Source: Macrostomum lignano (taxonomy: Eukaryota). From it: a DNA stretch of 64,000 bases. The stretch spans positions 681,480 to 745,479 of the forward strand of contig NIVC01000068.1 in NCBI GenBank assembly GCA_002269645.1, written 5' to 3'. Shown here piece after piece: positions 1 through 11,140 of the stretch. Each line of letters opens with the position of its first letter. Positions within the stretch are counted from its first letter, which is position 1. The notes under the pieces were generated by a model. The model was not told where the DNA came from. It did not search any database and saw only the letters and a program-made list of their open reading frames with translations. The position numbers and the translations under genes are program-made.

Positions 1-26
1 TATCTGGTGCCACATGTACCATAACA

Positions 27-309
27 GGCAATGTCTAGAGTTCCGGCACCGGAACCTGTTTTCTAATGTCTCTGGATCTGGCAGTGCATTATAATATAGA
101 GAGAACATTTTTTTTTCTACAGGTGGCTAATATTTAGATTTTGTTCTATATAAGATTCAAACAATATGATAAGATTCAAAACAAGATGCTTCTAATGTTC
201 AGACTTCTTAAGATATGTTCTTAGTAGTGTTTTGTATGCTTTTATACAGCATTGCTGGATCCATAGCTGTTAGAAAATGGGTTCCAGTGCCAGAACTCTA
301 GCCATTACC
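27..309. mobile_element. MITE-like element (~283 bp), ~40-bp imperfect TIRs, probable 9-bp TSD (Mutator-like)
   Basis: GGCAATGTCTAGAGTTCCGGCACCGGAACCTGTTTTCTAA (from 27) is inverted-matched by TTAGAAAATGGGTTCCAGTGCCAGAACTCTAGCCATTACC (to 309). Flanks are accataaca (18-26) and aacataaca (310-318), 8/9 identical. Confidence 0.55.
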
Positions 310-2819
310 AACATAACAACCCTTTTCCCTTTGGCGCCATGCTGTACTGGGCCTCTGTTTATTATCCCATTTAGGACTTGACTTGACCTTGAACCTGAAA
401 TTGATAGAAAAACAGGGTAAAATAATTTAATGAAAGGCAGAATAATATAACGAAGTAAACTAGAACTATGCCAACTATTTTACTATTATATTATACATTG
501 CTATTGCATAACATTATTACTGCCACAAAAAATTTTACACATAATATAAATCAAATAAATGTTAACTTTTTCTGTGTAAAAAGTAAGATAAAGTTTCAGT
601 GGAGCTGTAGAGGTAGGTCATGTCTTGTATTAGGACAGTTTAATGCAAGTCACAATCCATCCATCCATCCACCTATACTAAATCTCTTCTCTAAGATCTG
701 TTTGTCTGTTTGTCTGTCTGTAACGCTCTAGGGAGTGCAATTCTTGACCGATTTTGATCGCATTTTCGCCAAAACATTCAAAATTGTCTGGAAAGAAGAC
801 AGTTAAAATTTCTTTAATCTGCTTCAATGCTAAAGAAATTAAATATTCGAGAAACGGTTTTAAATGGGCAAATTCAATGTAATTTTTATCAAACTGCTCG
901 CAGCAATAGAATTCACAGCCAATTTTAATGATTGCACCAGAGCCAACTGATAAGAAAACTCACTGGGCCCCACTGGCGAGATAACAAACTCTATTTAAAT
1001 TGCGCGACCATTAAATGGGTGAATATAAAAAGTACTCTCGATACTGGCAGATAGCTCTAATTAGCTATCGCTCTATACAGACTGCAATTCTTGACCAATT
1101 TTGATCGCGTTTTCGCCAAAAGATTTATAGTTATCTGAAAAAAGACAGTTAGAATTTCTTTAATCTGCTTCAATGTTCAAGGCATTAAATATTCGAAAAT
1201 CGAGTTTTCCCTATGCTTTTAATGCAAGGTTGAATTCTTAACTGGCTGAATTCCAAATCTAATTTTGATTGCGCCACAACTGTGTACTGCATATTCTCGC
1301 TATAGCTGACTCTGAGCTTTTTAGGTGGAGGCAGTGTGCCGGCACTCTGGAGGGAGAGAGAAATCAGCCAGTGCATTTTAAAAGTATTGAAATTAAAATA
1401 ATGCTCAGTGGCTGCGTGTGTACATTCTTCTCACCCTGGCTGAATGGCGGACTGCATAGACAATTGCTATTTATAGATTTCTCTTAACTGTGCATTGGCT
1501 CTGCCAGCACCAAACCTGTGCACACTGAGCAGCCTATCACTGCTATGTATTTGACTGCAATGTCGAAGCATATATGGCTGATTTTTGCGCCCTCCAATCA
1601 GTAGGCGGAATAGCCGCAGTGTAGGCACTAGGACTAGGTTTAGGCTAGGCGTAAGGTCCAAGGTTCGAGTCTGCCTCGCAGGCCGATAATTAAAATTAAA
1701 TAAATTAGTTCATTTATAGCTTGCGCCTCAACTAATTGAATCATTTTTGATTAATTAGTAAGCCACACTCAATGAATGATTTTTGCTATTCAACACAAGT
1801 TGCTAAACAAACTTGATTTTGTCAATTTGAATTTGATTTGATTTCAGCCAGTGCATTTTAAAATTTGATTTGTAAAAAACTGCTTCGTGTATTATTGCTC
1901 CCAAATTGCAGACGATACTGCTAAATAGCCATACAGCTGAAGGTACTGCTAAATGCTGAGCTGTGCAAAAGACTGCCGATATATATCGCAAAATTGATTA
2001 GTGAGCTGTACTAAATACTGAGCAAATTATCAGATTACTGAAAGAATCATTGCTGAGAAGACTCATTCATGCAGACTGCAATGGGAAAAATTGAAAAAAA
2101 CTGCTGAGGTATTCCTCCAGACATGAGTGTATAGCAGAGCAAGTTGTTGAGGAGATACGAGTAACTGCGGACTGCTGAGTGAATTATTGTAGTTTGCCAA
2201 TGTTAATAAAAGTTGTGGACAGCAAGGTGGATACTCGTACCTGCAGGCTGCTAAGAGTATGACTGCAGTCTGTTTGCAGGATTAGAAGTGATAGCTAATT
2301 TCAGGTTGTTGTGGGGATAACTGCCGATTTCTGGGGGGGGGGTTAACTTCAAAGTGCGAAGTTACTAAACTTCTAGAATAGTATAAGTCTTTTAGTAGAA
2401 GGTCGGCAGTTCGAGTCTACATTGAAGTAGCGAATTTATCTTTGTGACAATAATCATTGTTTCCTATGGGGATTCATGCAAATTTTTTACATTTTATTTT
2501 GTATACTTATGCTTTTGCTGGGGCTACGCTAAGCTTCAAAAGCAGCGCTTATCTGCTGTAAGTGCTAATTTGCAAAGGGTATTGCTAATCTGGGTGAGCA
2601 GCGCTAATCGGGGAGAGCAGTGCTAATCTGACGCATATAATAAAATAATAATTGGGGAGAGCAGTGCTAATCTGACGCATATAATAAAATAATAAATATG
2701 TAAGGGAATTAAATTGAACCTGCAAGTTGCAGAAACATTTTAAATGGTTTCTATTATCTAGAAGCAATATAGCCATAAGCAAAGATTAGTGCAATGTGCA
2801 AAACAGTACTGGTGAACGA

Positions 2820-3070
2820 TGACTAAACTGCTGGTGAAGCATTTCTAAACTGCATTGCTAAACTGCTAGTGAAGCATTTCTAAACAGCATTGCTAAACTG
2901 CTGGTGAAGCATTGCTAAACTGCATTGCTAAACTGCATTGCTAAACTGCTGGTGAAACATTGCTAAACTGCATTGCTAAACTGCATTGCTAAACTGCTGG
3001 TGAAGCATTGCTAAACTGCATTGCTAAACTGCATTGCTAAACTGCTGGTGAACCATTGCTAAACTGCAGA
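2820..3070. repeat. Minisatellite of ctaaactgcattg / ctaaactgctggtgaagcattg units
   Basis: Visible tandem units of 13 and ~22 bp. Confidence 0.85.
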
Positions 3071-4442
3071 AAGCTATAGTGAAATATTGTTTTTTTATTA
3101 AAAACTTCTTTTAAAGAGAAGAAAACACAAAGGCAAGAAAAAACAAGAATGAACAAGAATCATCATGTCAATTATAAAAGAAGCGCCCTGTCGAAAGTAA
3201 AAGTCTCATTGGGAATTGCTAAGACTGTTAAGACTGCTAAGACTATTGCTACGAGCATAAGGCTGGTATGGCAAATTGCTGTGATATATCAATACTCATG
3301 GGAGGATTTATAAGATCTCAAGGCACAAGGGGAATTGCTATAATTGTCATTCTGGGGAGAATTGCTTTGATTTCAAGGTTCATTTGTGAAATTGCAGAAA
3401 TAAATTGTTGAAATACAAGTGCCAAGACATCAAAAGGAATCAAAAGTCACTCAATTTTCAGGCTCATGGGGAAATTACTAACATTTCCAAAGCTCATTGG
3501 GGAATTGCTGAAATTCTGCTGCAGGTTAAGGGTTAGGCTTAGGATTCAATTATAGAGCGATAGTTGTGTCAATCATTAATGATCCATCGAGGAATTGCTA
3601 AGATTAAATGCTCTTGGGGTGAATTACTTAAATGCTTTGGCTCTACGGGGAATTACTGACAGGTCAAGGCTTCCGATGAAATTTAGATTTGAAAGCTTAT
3701 GAGGAAGTTACTTTAATGCTGAGGCTCAAGGCTCATTGTCGAAATTGCTAACATGCCAAGATTTTCTTATGGGTTAGGGTTAGAGGCTTAGGGTCAGTTT
3801 TGGTTCAATCATAGATTAACCGCTGTCAACCATCAATTAAAGACTTGCTAAGATATCTAAGCTCATAGGGGAATTGCTGAGATGTCAAGGCTCATGGACG
3901 ATGGCTGAATTGTTGGGGGGTGGAGTGTTAGGTTGTTAGGCAATTGTCAGATAGTCAGGTAGTACGGCTCAAGTAGCTCATGTAATTCAGATAATGAAAA
4001 AGTACATACAAGCAATGCTGATTTCTGCTAATAGGAAATACCAGCGCATTCATTAAAGGTTTGATCCTTTGATTTAGGCTAATATAGAGAGAGGGTCTAA
4101 GGGTGTCAGGGATTTGCATATTGAGCTCCTGCTGCAGATCAGAATATGCCCCGGCCATTGACGATATCCATCCAGTGGCGGATCCAGGGGGGGGGGCGGC
4201 CGCCCCCCCACTTTTGCTGTGGCTGGACTTGCATGGAAGGGAGATATTTTAATTTTGGGCTCCTCAACCCACAAAGTCCAAGTTCTTCATTATATTTCCA
4301 TTGCTTCTATGGTCTGTCTGCTTTTCCTTGGAATGGAATTGCATCCCATGGAACATTGTCGGTTCGGTTTTATTTATTTCTAGCCAAACCATTGGCAAGA
4401 GAGAAGCTAAGTTAAGTTATGATAGTAAGAGTAGGGTGAGAG

Positions 4443-4691
4443 CACAGACCAAGAAAAGAAATATAACTAGACTGCGCATCCCGCATTTCTTGCTTGGGCT
4501 TGTTTTTGACCAAATGACAGTGGAAAAAAAAGAGACCCCGACAAGCTGAGTTGGCTGAGGGTAAGAAGAAAGGCCCGGGCACAATTATCGATCGTGGGGG
4601 AGTGGGCGCTGGGGTGCCACTTTTCCTACTAGGAAAAAGGCACAACTTTTTTTACCCTCATGCGCAGTCTAGTTATATTTCTTGGTCTGTG
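4443..4691. mobile_element. MITE (249 bp) nested in the 5' region of the hAT
   Basis: TIRs CACAGACCAAG(AAAAG)AAATATAACTAGACTGCGCAT (4443-4479) and ATGCGCAGTCTAGTTATATTTCTTGGTCTGTG (4660-4691). 8-bp TSD GGTGAGAG (4435-4442, 4692-4699). Confidence 0.85.
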
Positions 4692-4971
4692 GGTGAGAGA
4701 GACACTGAGACTCTGAGAGAGACTTGGGGTGGGGGAAAGGAATGAAAAGGGGTTGAAAGGCTTTTCCTCCCCCATTTTGGGGTTCAGACTTGAGAGCAAT
4801 GTACATTGCGTCAATGCGTCTTGCAAAAACCAGCGAAAGCTTAACAGCCTGCTACAAAGGACAAATAGTTTGAGCCAGTCCCGGCTATCTGTCTACACTC
4901 AACACCAATTGAACTTGAAGTCCGTAAAATCCATTTGGCAAGTCTTAACATATGATGCACAATCACGAAGA

Positions 4972-7542
4972 ATGAAGCGAGCATCTTCTCCATTAGAGCG
5001 TGACGCAAAGCGACAAAAATTGCTAACGCACTTTTTTGTTACACCACCTGGTCCTGCCACTGCTGCTGCAAAGTTATCTGCTGCTTCTACTGCTGCTGAG
5101 ATCCGATTCATTTCTTCTTCTGCTGCTCCTGCTGCTGCTGCCACTGCTGAGAGACCTAGTTCTTCTGCTATTGCTGTTTCGGAACAATTTGCTACAACTT
5201 GTACTCGTAATTCAGATGAAGCTGAAGCCGGCACCTCTGAATGCGATGCCGAGTTCAATGGAGATACCAGAGAAGCCAATGAAGTACAAGTGAGCAAGTT
5301 GTCTGACTTTGACATAGGTCTATTCGATCCTGCTGCTGACAGTGCCACTAAGATAGCCTTCCTGACGCAAACGTGGGAGCCCCCCAGTTCCTACCCAATG
5401 CCATTTGAAGAGCGAAAGACAAAGGGCAAAATAGAAAAGAGATTCCTGAGGCACAGTCATCTAGCCGACAAACCCTGGTTAGCATACTCACATGTAAAGA
5501 GTGGCTTGTTCTGCAAAGTTTGTGTGCTATTTGGTACTCAGCAAGGGCAACAAGGTCACCAATTGGGAAGACTAGTTCATGAGCCGTTGCAAAAGTACGC
5601 AAGACTCTTGGGAGCAGATGGCTATCTCTGCACTCACGAGCATACCAACTACCACAAAGACAATGTACTGAGAGCACAGGAGTTCAAGCGAATGGTGCCA
5701 GAACAGCACATTGACAGTCGATTGGCAACACAGAGGCAGGAGCAGATTGCAAAGAACAGGCATATCCTCAGCTCCATTGTGCGTGCCATCCTAGTCTGTG
5801 GAAGGAGTGGCTCTGCTCTCATGGGACACCGAGACGATCATGGTGTGCTAGAGACTGCCGACCGACCTGGCCAGAATGATGGTCTCTTTCGAGAGATCCT
5901 GCGAGCAATGGTGGACACAGGAGACAAGAGGCTAGAGGAGCATCTGCGCTCTGGACCCGGCAACGCTAAGTACACCAGCAAGACGATTCAGAATGAGCTG
6001 ATCGAGTGCATTGGAGAAGTGATTCTGGACCGCCTGAAGGAGCGGATAAACAATGCACAGTTTGTGTCCATCCTGGCTGATGAAACAACAGACCAGGCCA
6101 CAAAGGAGCAGCTGACAGTATGTGTTCGCTATGTGTTTGATGGAGCAATTTGTGAAGACTTTCTGGGATTCACCATTGCAGAGGACATGACTGGAGCGGG
6201 ACTTGCGAGGAACATTCTGTCCCAGTTTGTCACTCTCGGCATTCCCTTGGAAGGGCGGCTGGTGGGATTGGGATTTGATGGTGCCAGTGCGATGAGCGGC
6301 AAGTTCAAGGGAGCTCAAGCAATAATCAGAGAAGAGCACCCCATCGCCATCTACATTCATTGTGCTGCGCATCAACTCAATCTGGTCATCAGCAAGAGCA
6401 GCAAAGTCCCTGGCATCAGAAATACGTGGGGAAACATCCAAGAGCTGGCGAAGTTCTTCAACAGTTCTGCTCAGAGAGTGAAGTGTCTGGAGGACATAGT
6501 GAAGTCACAGAACCATCAGGCCAATACCCGTCGAGTGAAGAACCTATGCGACACTCGCTGGATTGAAAGACACGATGCGGTTCTAACAACAAGACATCTA
6601 CTGATACCAATCGTGCAAGCTCTTGAAGAAGTTCGCGAGCATTCCAACCCAGAAGCATCCAGAAATGCAAAAGCTCTGCTTAATTCGATGGACGCAGAGT
6701 TTATGGTATCAATCGTGGTTCTGGATGTAACTTTGACTCTCACCAAGGGATTGGCAGAAGCTCTCCAGAAGTGTGCAATAGATTTGCTAAGCGCCAGGTT
6801 TCTAATCGCAGATGTGCAAGAGCAACTACAGAAGTGGCGGGAAGAGGTTGCAGAGAAGTTCAGTGAGCTCTGGGAGAAGATTCTAGAGACTGCAGAGGCA
6901 ATTGAAATCGACTTGACTCCTCCTAGGCGAGTTGCGCGTCAAACGAATCGTGCCAATCTTCCTACTACTGATCCCAAGGACTACTGGCGTTTGACAATCT
7001 TTGTTCCCTTCTTGGATGGACTACTGGTCAACCTGCAAGACCGATTTGCACGCCTTTCTGACGTTGCTTCTGGACTCAGTGCCCTTATCCCAGCAACAGC
7101 CAAGAAGCATGCAAACCCATTCATTCAGCTCAAGCCATCAATGCAGCACTTTGCTTCAGTTCTGCCAAGCCAAGAGCAAGAGGAGGTTGAAGCAGAATTT
7201 AACCAGTGGATGCGACTCTGGCAAAGGGAGGATCCACAGAAATGGCCCACAACTTTGACTAAGACAATCTTGGAGTGCGACCATAGCCTGTTTCCCAACA
7301 TCAGCACTCTCTTGAACATTTACGCAACGCTGCCTGTCTCCACTGCCACTGGAGAAAGATCCTTCTCTTCGCTGAAGTTCCTAAAGAATTACTTGCGCAG
7401 CACCATGGGAGAAGAGCGGCTGAATGGACTGGCATTGGCCTTCATCCACAAGGACATGATTTGTAATACTGCAAGTACAATATCTGCAACTGTGGAGAAG
7501 TTTCTGTCAAAGGATGTCAATCGCCGTGCCTGCTTCAATTAA
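4972..7542 (+). CDS. hAT transposase (ZMYM1/THAP12-like; DUF4371 region plus hAT C-terminal dimerisation domain), ~856 aa from the ATG at 4972
   Basis: Stop-free ORF 4729-7542. Zn-finger-like FCKVC...H...H, catalytic DETTD, FDGASAMSG, CxxH (HCAAH), TRW, and LPVSTATGERSFSSLK...LRSTMGEERLNGLAL. Confidence 0.93.
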   Translation: MKRASSPLERDAKRQKLLTHFFVTPPGPATAAAKLSAASTAAEIRFISSSAAPAAAATAERPSSSAIAVSEQFATTCTRNSDEAEAGTSECDAEFNGDTREANEVQVSKLSDFDIGLFDPAADSATKIAFLTQTWEPPSSYPMPFEERKTKGKIEKRFLRHSHLADKPWLAYSHVKSGLFCKVCVLFGTQQGQQGHQLGRLVHEPLQKYARLLGADGYLCTHEHTNYHKDNVLRAQEFKRMVPEQHIDSRLATQRQEQIAKNRHILSSIVRAILVCGRSGSALMGHRDDHGVLETADRPGQNDGLFREILRAMVDTGDKRLEEHLRSGPGNAKYTSKTIQNELIECIGEVILDRLKERINNAQFVSILADETTDQATKEQLTVCVRYVFDGAICEDFLGFTIAEDMTGAGLARNILSQFVTLGIPLEGRLVGLGFDGASAMSGKFKGAQAIIREEHPIAIYIHCAAHQLNLVISKSSKVPGIRNTWGNIQELAKFFNSSAQRVKCLEDIVKSQNHQANTRRVKNLCDTRWIERHDAVLTTRHLLIPIVQALEEVREHSNPEASRNAKALLNSMDAEFMVSIVVLDVTLTLTKGLAEALQKCAIDLLSARFLIADVQEQLQKWREEVAEKFSELWEKILETAEAIEIDLTPPRRVARQTNRANLPTTDPKDYWRLTIFVPFLDGLLVNLQDRFARLSDVASGLSALIPATAKKHANPFIQLKPSMQHFASVLPSQEQEEVEAEFNQWMRLWQREDPQKWPTTLTKTILECDHSLFPNISTLLNIYATLPVSTATGERSFSSLKFLKNYLRSTMGEERLNGLALAFIHKDMICNTASTISATVEKFLSKDVNRRACFN

Positions 7543-8266
7543 GTGATTCCAATTCGTTAATTCCAATTTCCATTCTTTTACGCTCTATTTGCTACTAACG
7601 ATTGCTTATTCGCGTCTCACTGCAACACGTACATTCTATTCAAATTTCAAATTAAAATATTATAGTGTTGGTCTTCTCACATTGTCATTGACTTTCTTTT
7701 AAATGAAGCCTTGATAACTCACTAAATATAATTGTCAATATTGGCCAAAACGGGTTAGTTCTTCCCGAGACCCGAGCCAACTTCTACTACTACCCTCATG
7801 TGTCAGAGTCATTTGCACCACTCTAGGCATTAAAATGTATGCAAAAATTGATATATCCTTTCAAGATCTTGTATTGAGCATAGATGAAAGATAGATGGAT
7901 TGGGATTACTTAGTTTCTAGTTTCTGTACTCGCATATCCGCCACCCCACTTAAGAAATCCTGGATCCGCCACTGTATCCATCAAGAGTTTGTGCTTGAAA
8001 GGATAAGCACTATTCGCTGATTTAGAAAGGGTTTTGGGCTGATGAAGGAAACTTTTTTGGCTAATGAAAGTTTGGATTAATGGAAATTTATTTCTGCCAA
8101 AATGAGAAAAGGTACTCATAATTTTTGATTAATGGAAATAAATATTTTGGACAATTATAGTAAATTTACTCTTGTGCAAAAATAAAAACCAATTGGTGTC
8201 ATTTTCAAGGCTCCCCAGCGGGGGGCTAAATGGCTAGTCCCATATGCTAAAAATGGTCTTTCTGTG

Positions 8267-8299
<33 letters not shown>

Positions 8300-8789
8300 G
8301 TGATCGATTAGAGAAAAAATGGCTCAACCGATTTTGTTCGAACTTGCACCATTCGATCGGAAATTTTTCCGTGACGGTACATGCATCGTGGGTAAGAAAT
8401 TGCTGGATGCTAAAGGGATTAAATATTCGAAAAACATGCTTTTCTGCAAAGGTCAAGAAAACTTTTTGACTTGAAATGCATTGTAAAAATGCTAGAGAAA
8501 AAACTGACTGGTTGAATTCTGATTCTGAAATAGATTGCATCATTATAATAGGCTTTTTTATTTATCGTCTGTGTACTGGCTGAATTTTGACACTGAATTG
8601 AATTTGTGTCATAGTATTGAAAACGCAGTGTGGAAGCATAGCACAACACTTGATTTATATTGCGTAACCATATTGCTAACTTTAATAGAGACTGGTACTG
8701 ACTTGCCTAAGAAATTGATTATGTCATAACTGCTTTGTGTGACTTTAACTCAATTGACTTGGTGTGAGTGTTGAATTATATAAATCTAT

Positions 8790-9190
8790 TCTAAGAATCT
8801 TTTCTATTTTTGCATTCTAAGAATCTTTTCTACTTTGTATTCTAAGAATGTCTTCTACTTTTTGTATTCTAAGAATGTCTTCTACTTTGTATTCTAAAAA
8901 TGTCTTCTACTTTGTATTCTAAGAATGTCTTCTACTTTCTATTCTAAGAATCTCTTCTACTTTATATTCTAAGAATCTCTTCTACTTTGTATTCTAAAAA
9001 TGTCTTCTACTTTATATTCTAAGAGTGTCTTCTACTTTCTATTCTAAGAATCTCTTCTACTTTGTATTCTAAGAATCTCTTCTACTTTCTATTCGAAGAA
9101 TCTCTTCTACTTTGTATTCTAAGAATCTCTTCTACTTTCTATTTGAAAAATCTCTTCTACTTTCTATTCTAAGAATGTCTTCTACTTTTT
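8790..9190. repeat. ~25-bp minisatellite (tattctaagaatctcttctactttg) inside B copy 1
   Basis: About 16 tandem units, period 25 (e.g. 8881 vs 8906). Confidence 0.9.
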
Positions 9191-9230
9191 ATTAGCTTTT
9201 ATTAAAAAACTAATTAAAAAGACCTGAATT

Positions 9231-10760
9231 ATGGCGCTAGATAAACAAAGGATTATTGCACTTGATAAACCAAGGATTATTGCACTTGATAAACCAAAAA
9301 TTACTACGCTTGATAAACCAAGGATTATTGCACTTGATAAACCAAGGATTACTGCACTTGAAAAACCAAGGATTACTGCGCTTTATAAACCAAGGATTAT
9401 TGCACTTGATAAAGCAAGGATTACTGCGCTTGATAAACCAAGGATTATTGCACTTGATAAGCCAAGGATTATTGCACTTGATAAGCCAAGGATTATTGCA
9501 CTTGATAAACCAAGGACTACTGCACTTGATAAGCCAAAGATTACTGCACTTGATAAACCAAATATTATTGCACTTGATAAGCCAATGATTATTGCACTTG
9601 ATAAGCCAAAGATTACTGGCTCATTCCATATAAGCATGGTCGTAACATGACAGGTTATTTTTACTTATAAAATGAAATCTAATAATAGAATATACTAAAC
9701 CAATATTTTAAATGAAAGATTATTTTGTCTAGAATATATTTATAGAGTTTCATATAGATATCATCATTAGTATAGATGCTATTAAACCTTAAATGACACT
9801 TATGGTCGTAACGACAGGATTTTTGACATATAGAAACTAAAAGGTAAAAGTCTTATAACATTTTTCATTTTTGATATTTTGCAATACATTTTTAAAATTT
9901 GACTAAGAACATCTTTAGAAATCATACTCTTTTATTAGAATATATAAACTCAAAAGGCAACAAAGATACAAAAGAAAAGGCAGCCTTATGGTCGTAACAT
10001 TATGGTCGTAACATATTTTTTTCTGTCAATTCAGTAACTTTGAGGTACTAATACATTAAAAATATAATAGATTATTTGGTCACCAATGCTTTTATCTGAT
10101 GATGCAAGTACTATACTTTTATCTATAGTTTGTTTCAACCTTCAAAAGCTTTCTATTTGTTTTTAAAAGGTACAAAATCTTAATGATGTCTTTTGCTTCG
10201 AAAAATGTCCAAATTTTTACAAAAATGACTTTTTGCCAATTGATAACATACTAATCCAACATTTTACCATTCCTTTATTCTTAGATTGTATATATTGCAC
10301 AATATAAACATTTGGTAAAAAAATAGGCTAATTAGGCAATGGCAAGCAAAAATATTGACTTTTTTCTATTTTCCAAATATGTCCATCTTATATGGAATGA
10401 GCCTACTGCATTTGATACACCAAGGATTATTGCACTTGATAAGCCAAAGATTATTGCATTTGATACACCAAGGATTATTGCACTTGATAAGCCAAATATT
10501 ACTGCGCTTGATAAACCAAAGATTATTGCACTTGATAAGCTAAGGATTATCGCACTTTGATAACAAGGAATATTGCACTTGATAAACCAAGGATTATTGC
10601 ACTCGATAAGCCAAGGATTATTGCAATAGATTAGAAAGGGCTATTGCACTAGCTGAGACATTGATTTTTGGACTTGATGAGTAAAGGATTATTGCACTAG
10701 CTGAGAAGCTGATTATTGCACTGTCTAAAAAAAGAGATTATTGCACTCACTGAGACGTGG
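9231..10760 (+). repeat. 24-bp minisatellite (ttgataaaccaaggattattgcac), split by a MITE
   Basis: Tandem 24-mers; source of the spurious ALDKPRII and LHLINQGL ORFs. Confidence 0.9.
9618..10403. mobile_element. MITE (786 bp), 17-bp TIRs, 4-bp TSD; superfamily uncertain (Sola-like possible)
   Basis: GGCTCATTCCATATAAG (from 9618) and CTTATATGGAATGAGCC (10387-10403). TSD TACT (9614-9617, 10404-10407) within a 24-bp unit. Internal motif ATGGTCGTAAC at 9636, 9802, 9988 and 10002. Confidence 0.8.
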
Positions 10761-10829
10761 ATTGTTGCACAACCTGAGAAAGCGATTATTGCATTAGCGG
10801 AGGTAACACTTGCACTAGCTACTTGCTGT

Positions 10830-11140
10830 CTCGCGTATGTGCTATCTGGAGGATGCCTGCTCTCGAGGGGGGATACTTGCTATTTGGGAGGGGGGTACTG
10901 GCTACACGTATGGGATTCTTTCTATCCAGGGATGCTTGCTATTTAGGGATTCTTGCTATCTGCAGGATGCTTGCTATTTGAGTGGATGCTTCAAAAATAT
11001 CTGGGGGGGGTGCTTGCTATCTGCAAGATGCTTGCTATCTGGGTGGATGCTTCTATCTGGGGATGCTTGCTATGAGCATTAGAGGATGCTTGCTATCTGC
11101 GGTTGTTTACTTTTGGAGGGGGGTGCTTGCTGTCTTGGGA
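10830..11140 (+). repeat. Degenerate gatgcttgctatct repeat block of element B
   Basis: Reverse complement of the larger agatagcaagcatc block at 13010-13680. Confidence 0.8.

Larger units (their letters stand above)
4173..7974 (+). mobile_element. Full-length hAT DNA transposon (3802 bp)
   Basis: Perfect 16-bp TIRs CAGTGGCGGATCCAGG (4173-4188; reverse complement 7959-7974). Perfect 8-bp TSD TATCCATC (4165-4172 and 7975-7982). Uninterrupted transposase ORF inside. Confidence 0.97.
656..8237 (+). mobile_element. Non-autonomous Helitron-like element A, interrupted by the hAT at 4173-7974
   Basis: 5' end A|TCCATCC...CCTATACTAAA followed by a (TTTG/TCTG)n microsatellite and GACCGATTTT, the typical head of non-autonomous Helitrons. 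This head is partly repeated at ~1081-1200. 3' end is a GC hairpin (ctccccagcggggggc) then TAAATGGCTAG|T at 8234-8238. That these two ends belong to one element is inferred. Confidence 0.45.
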
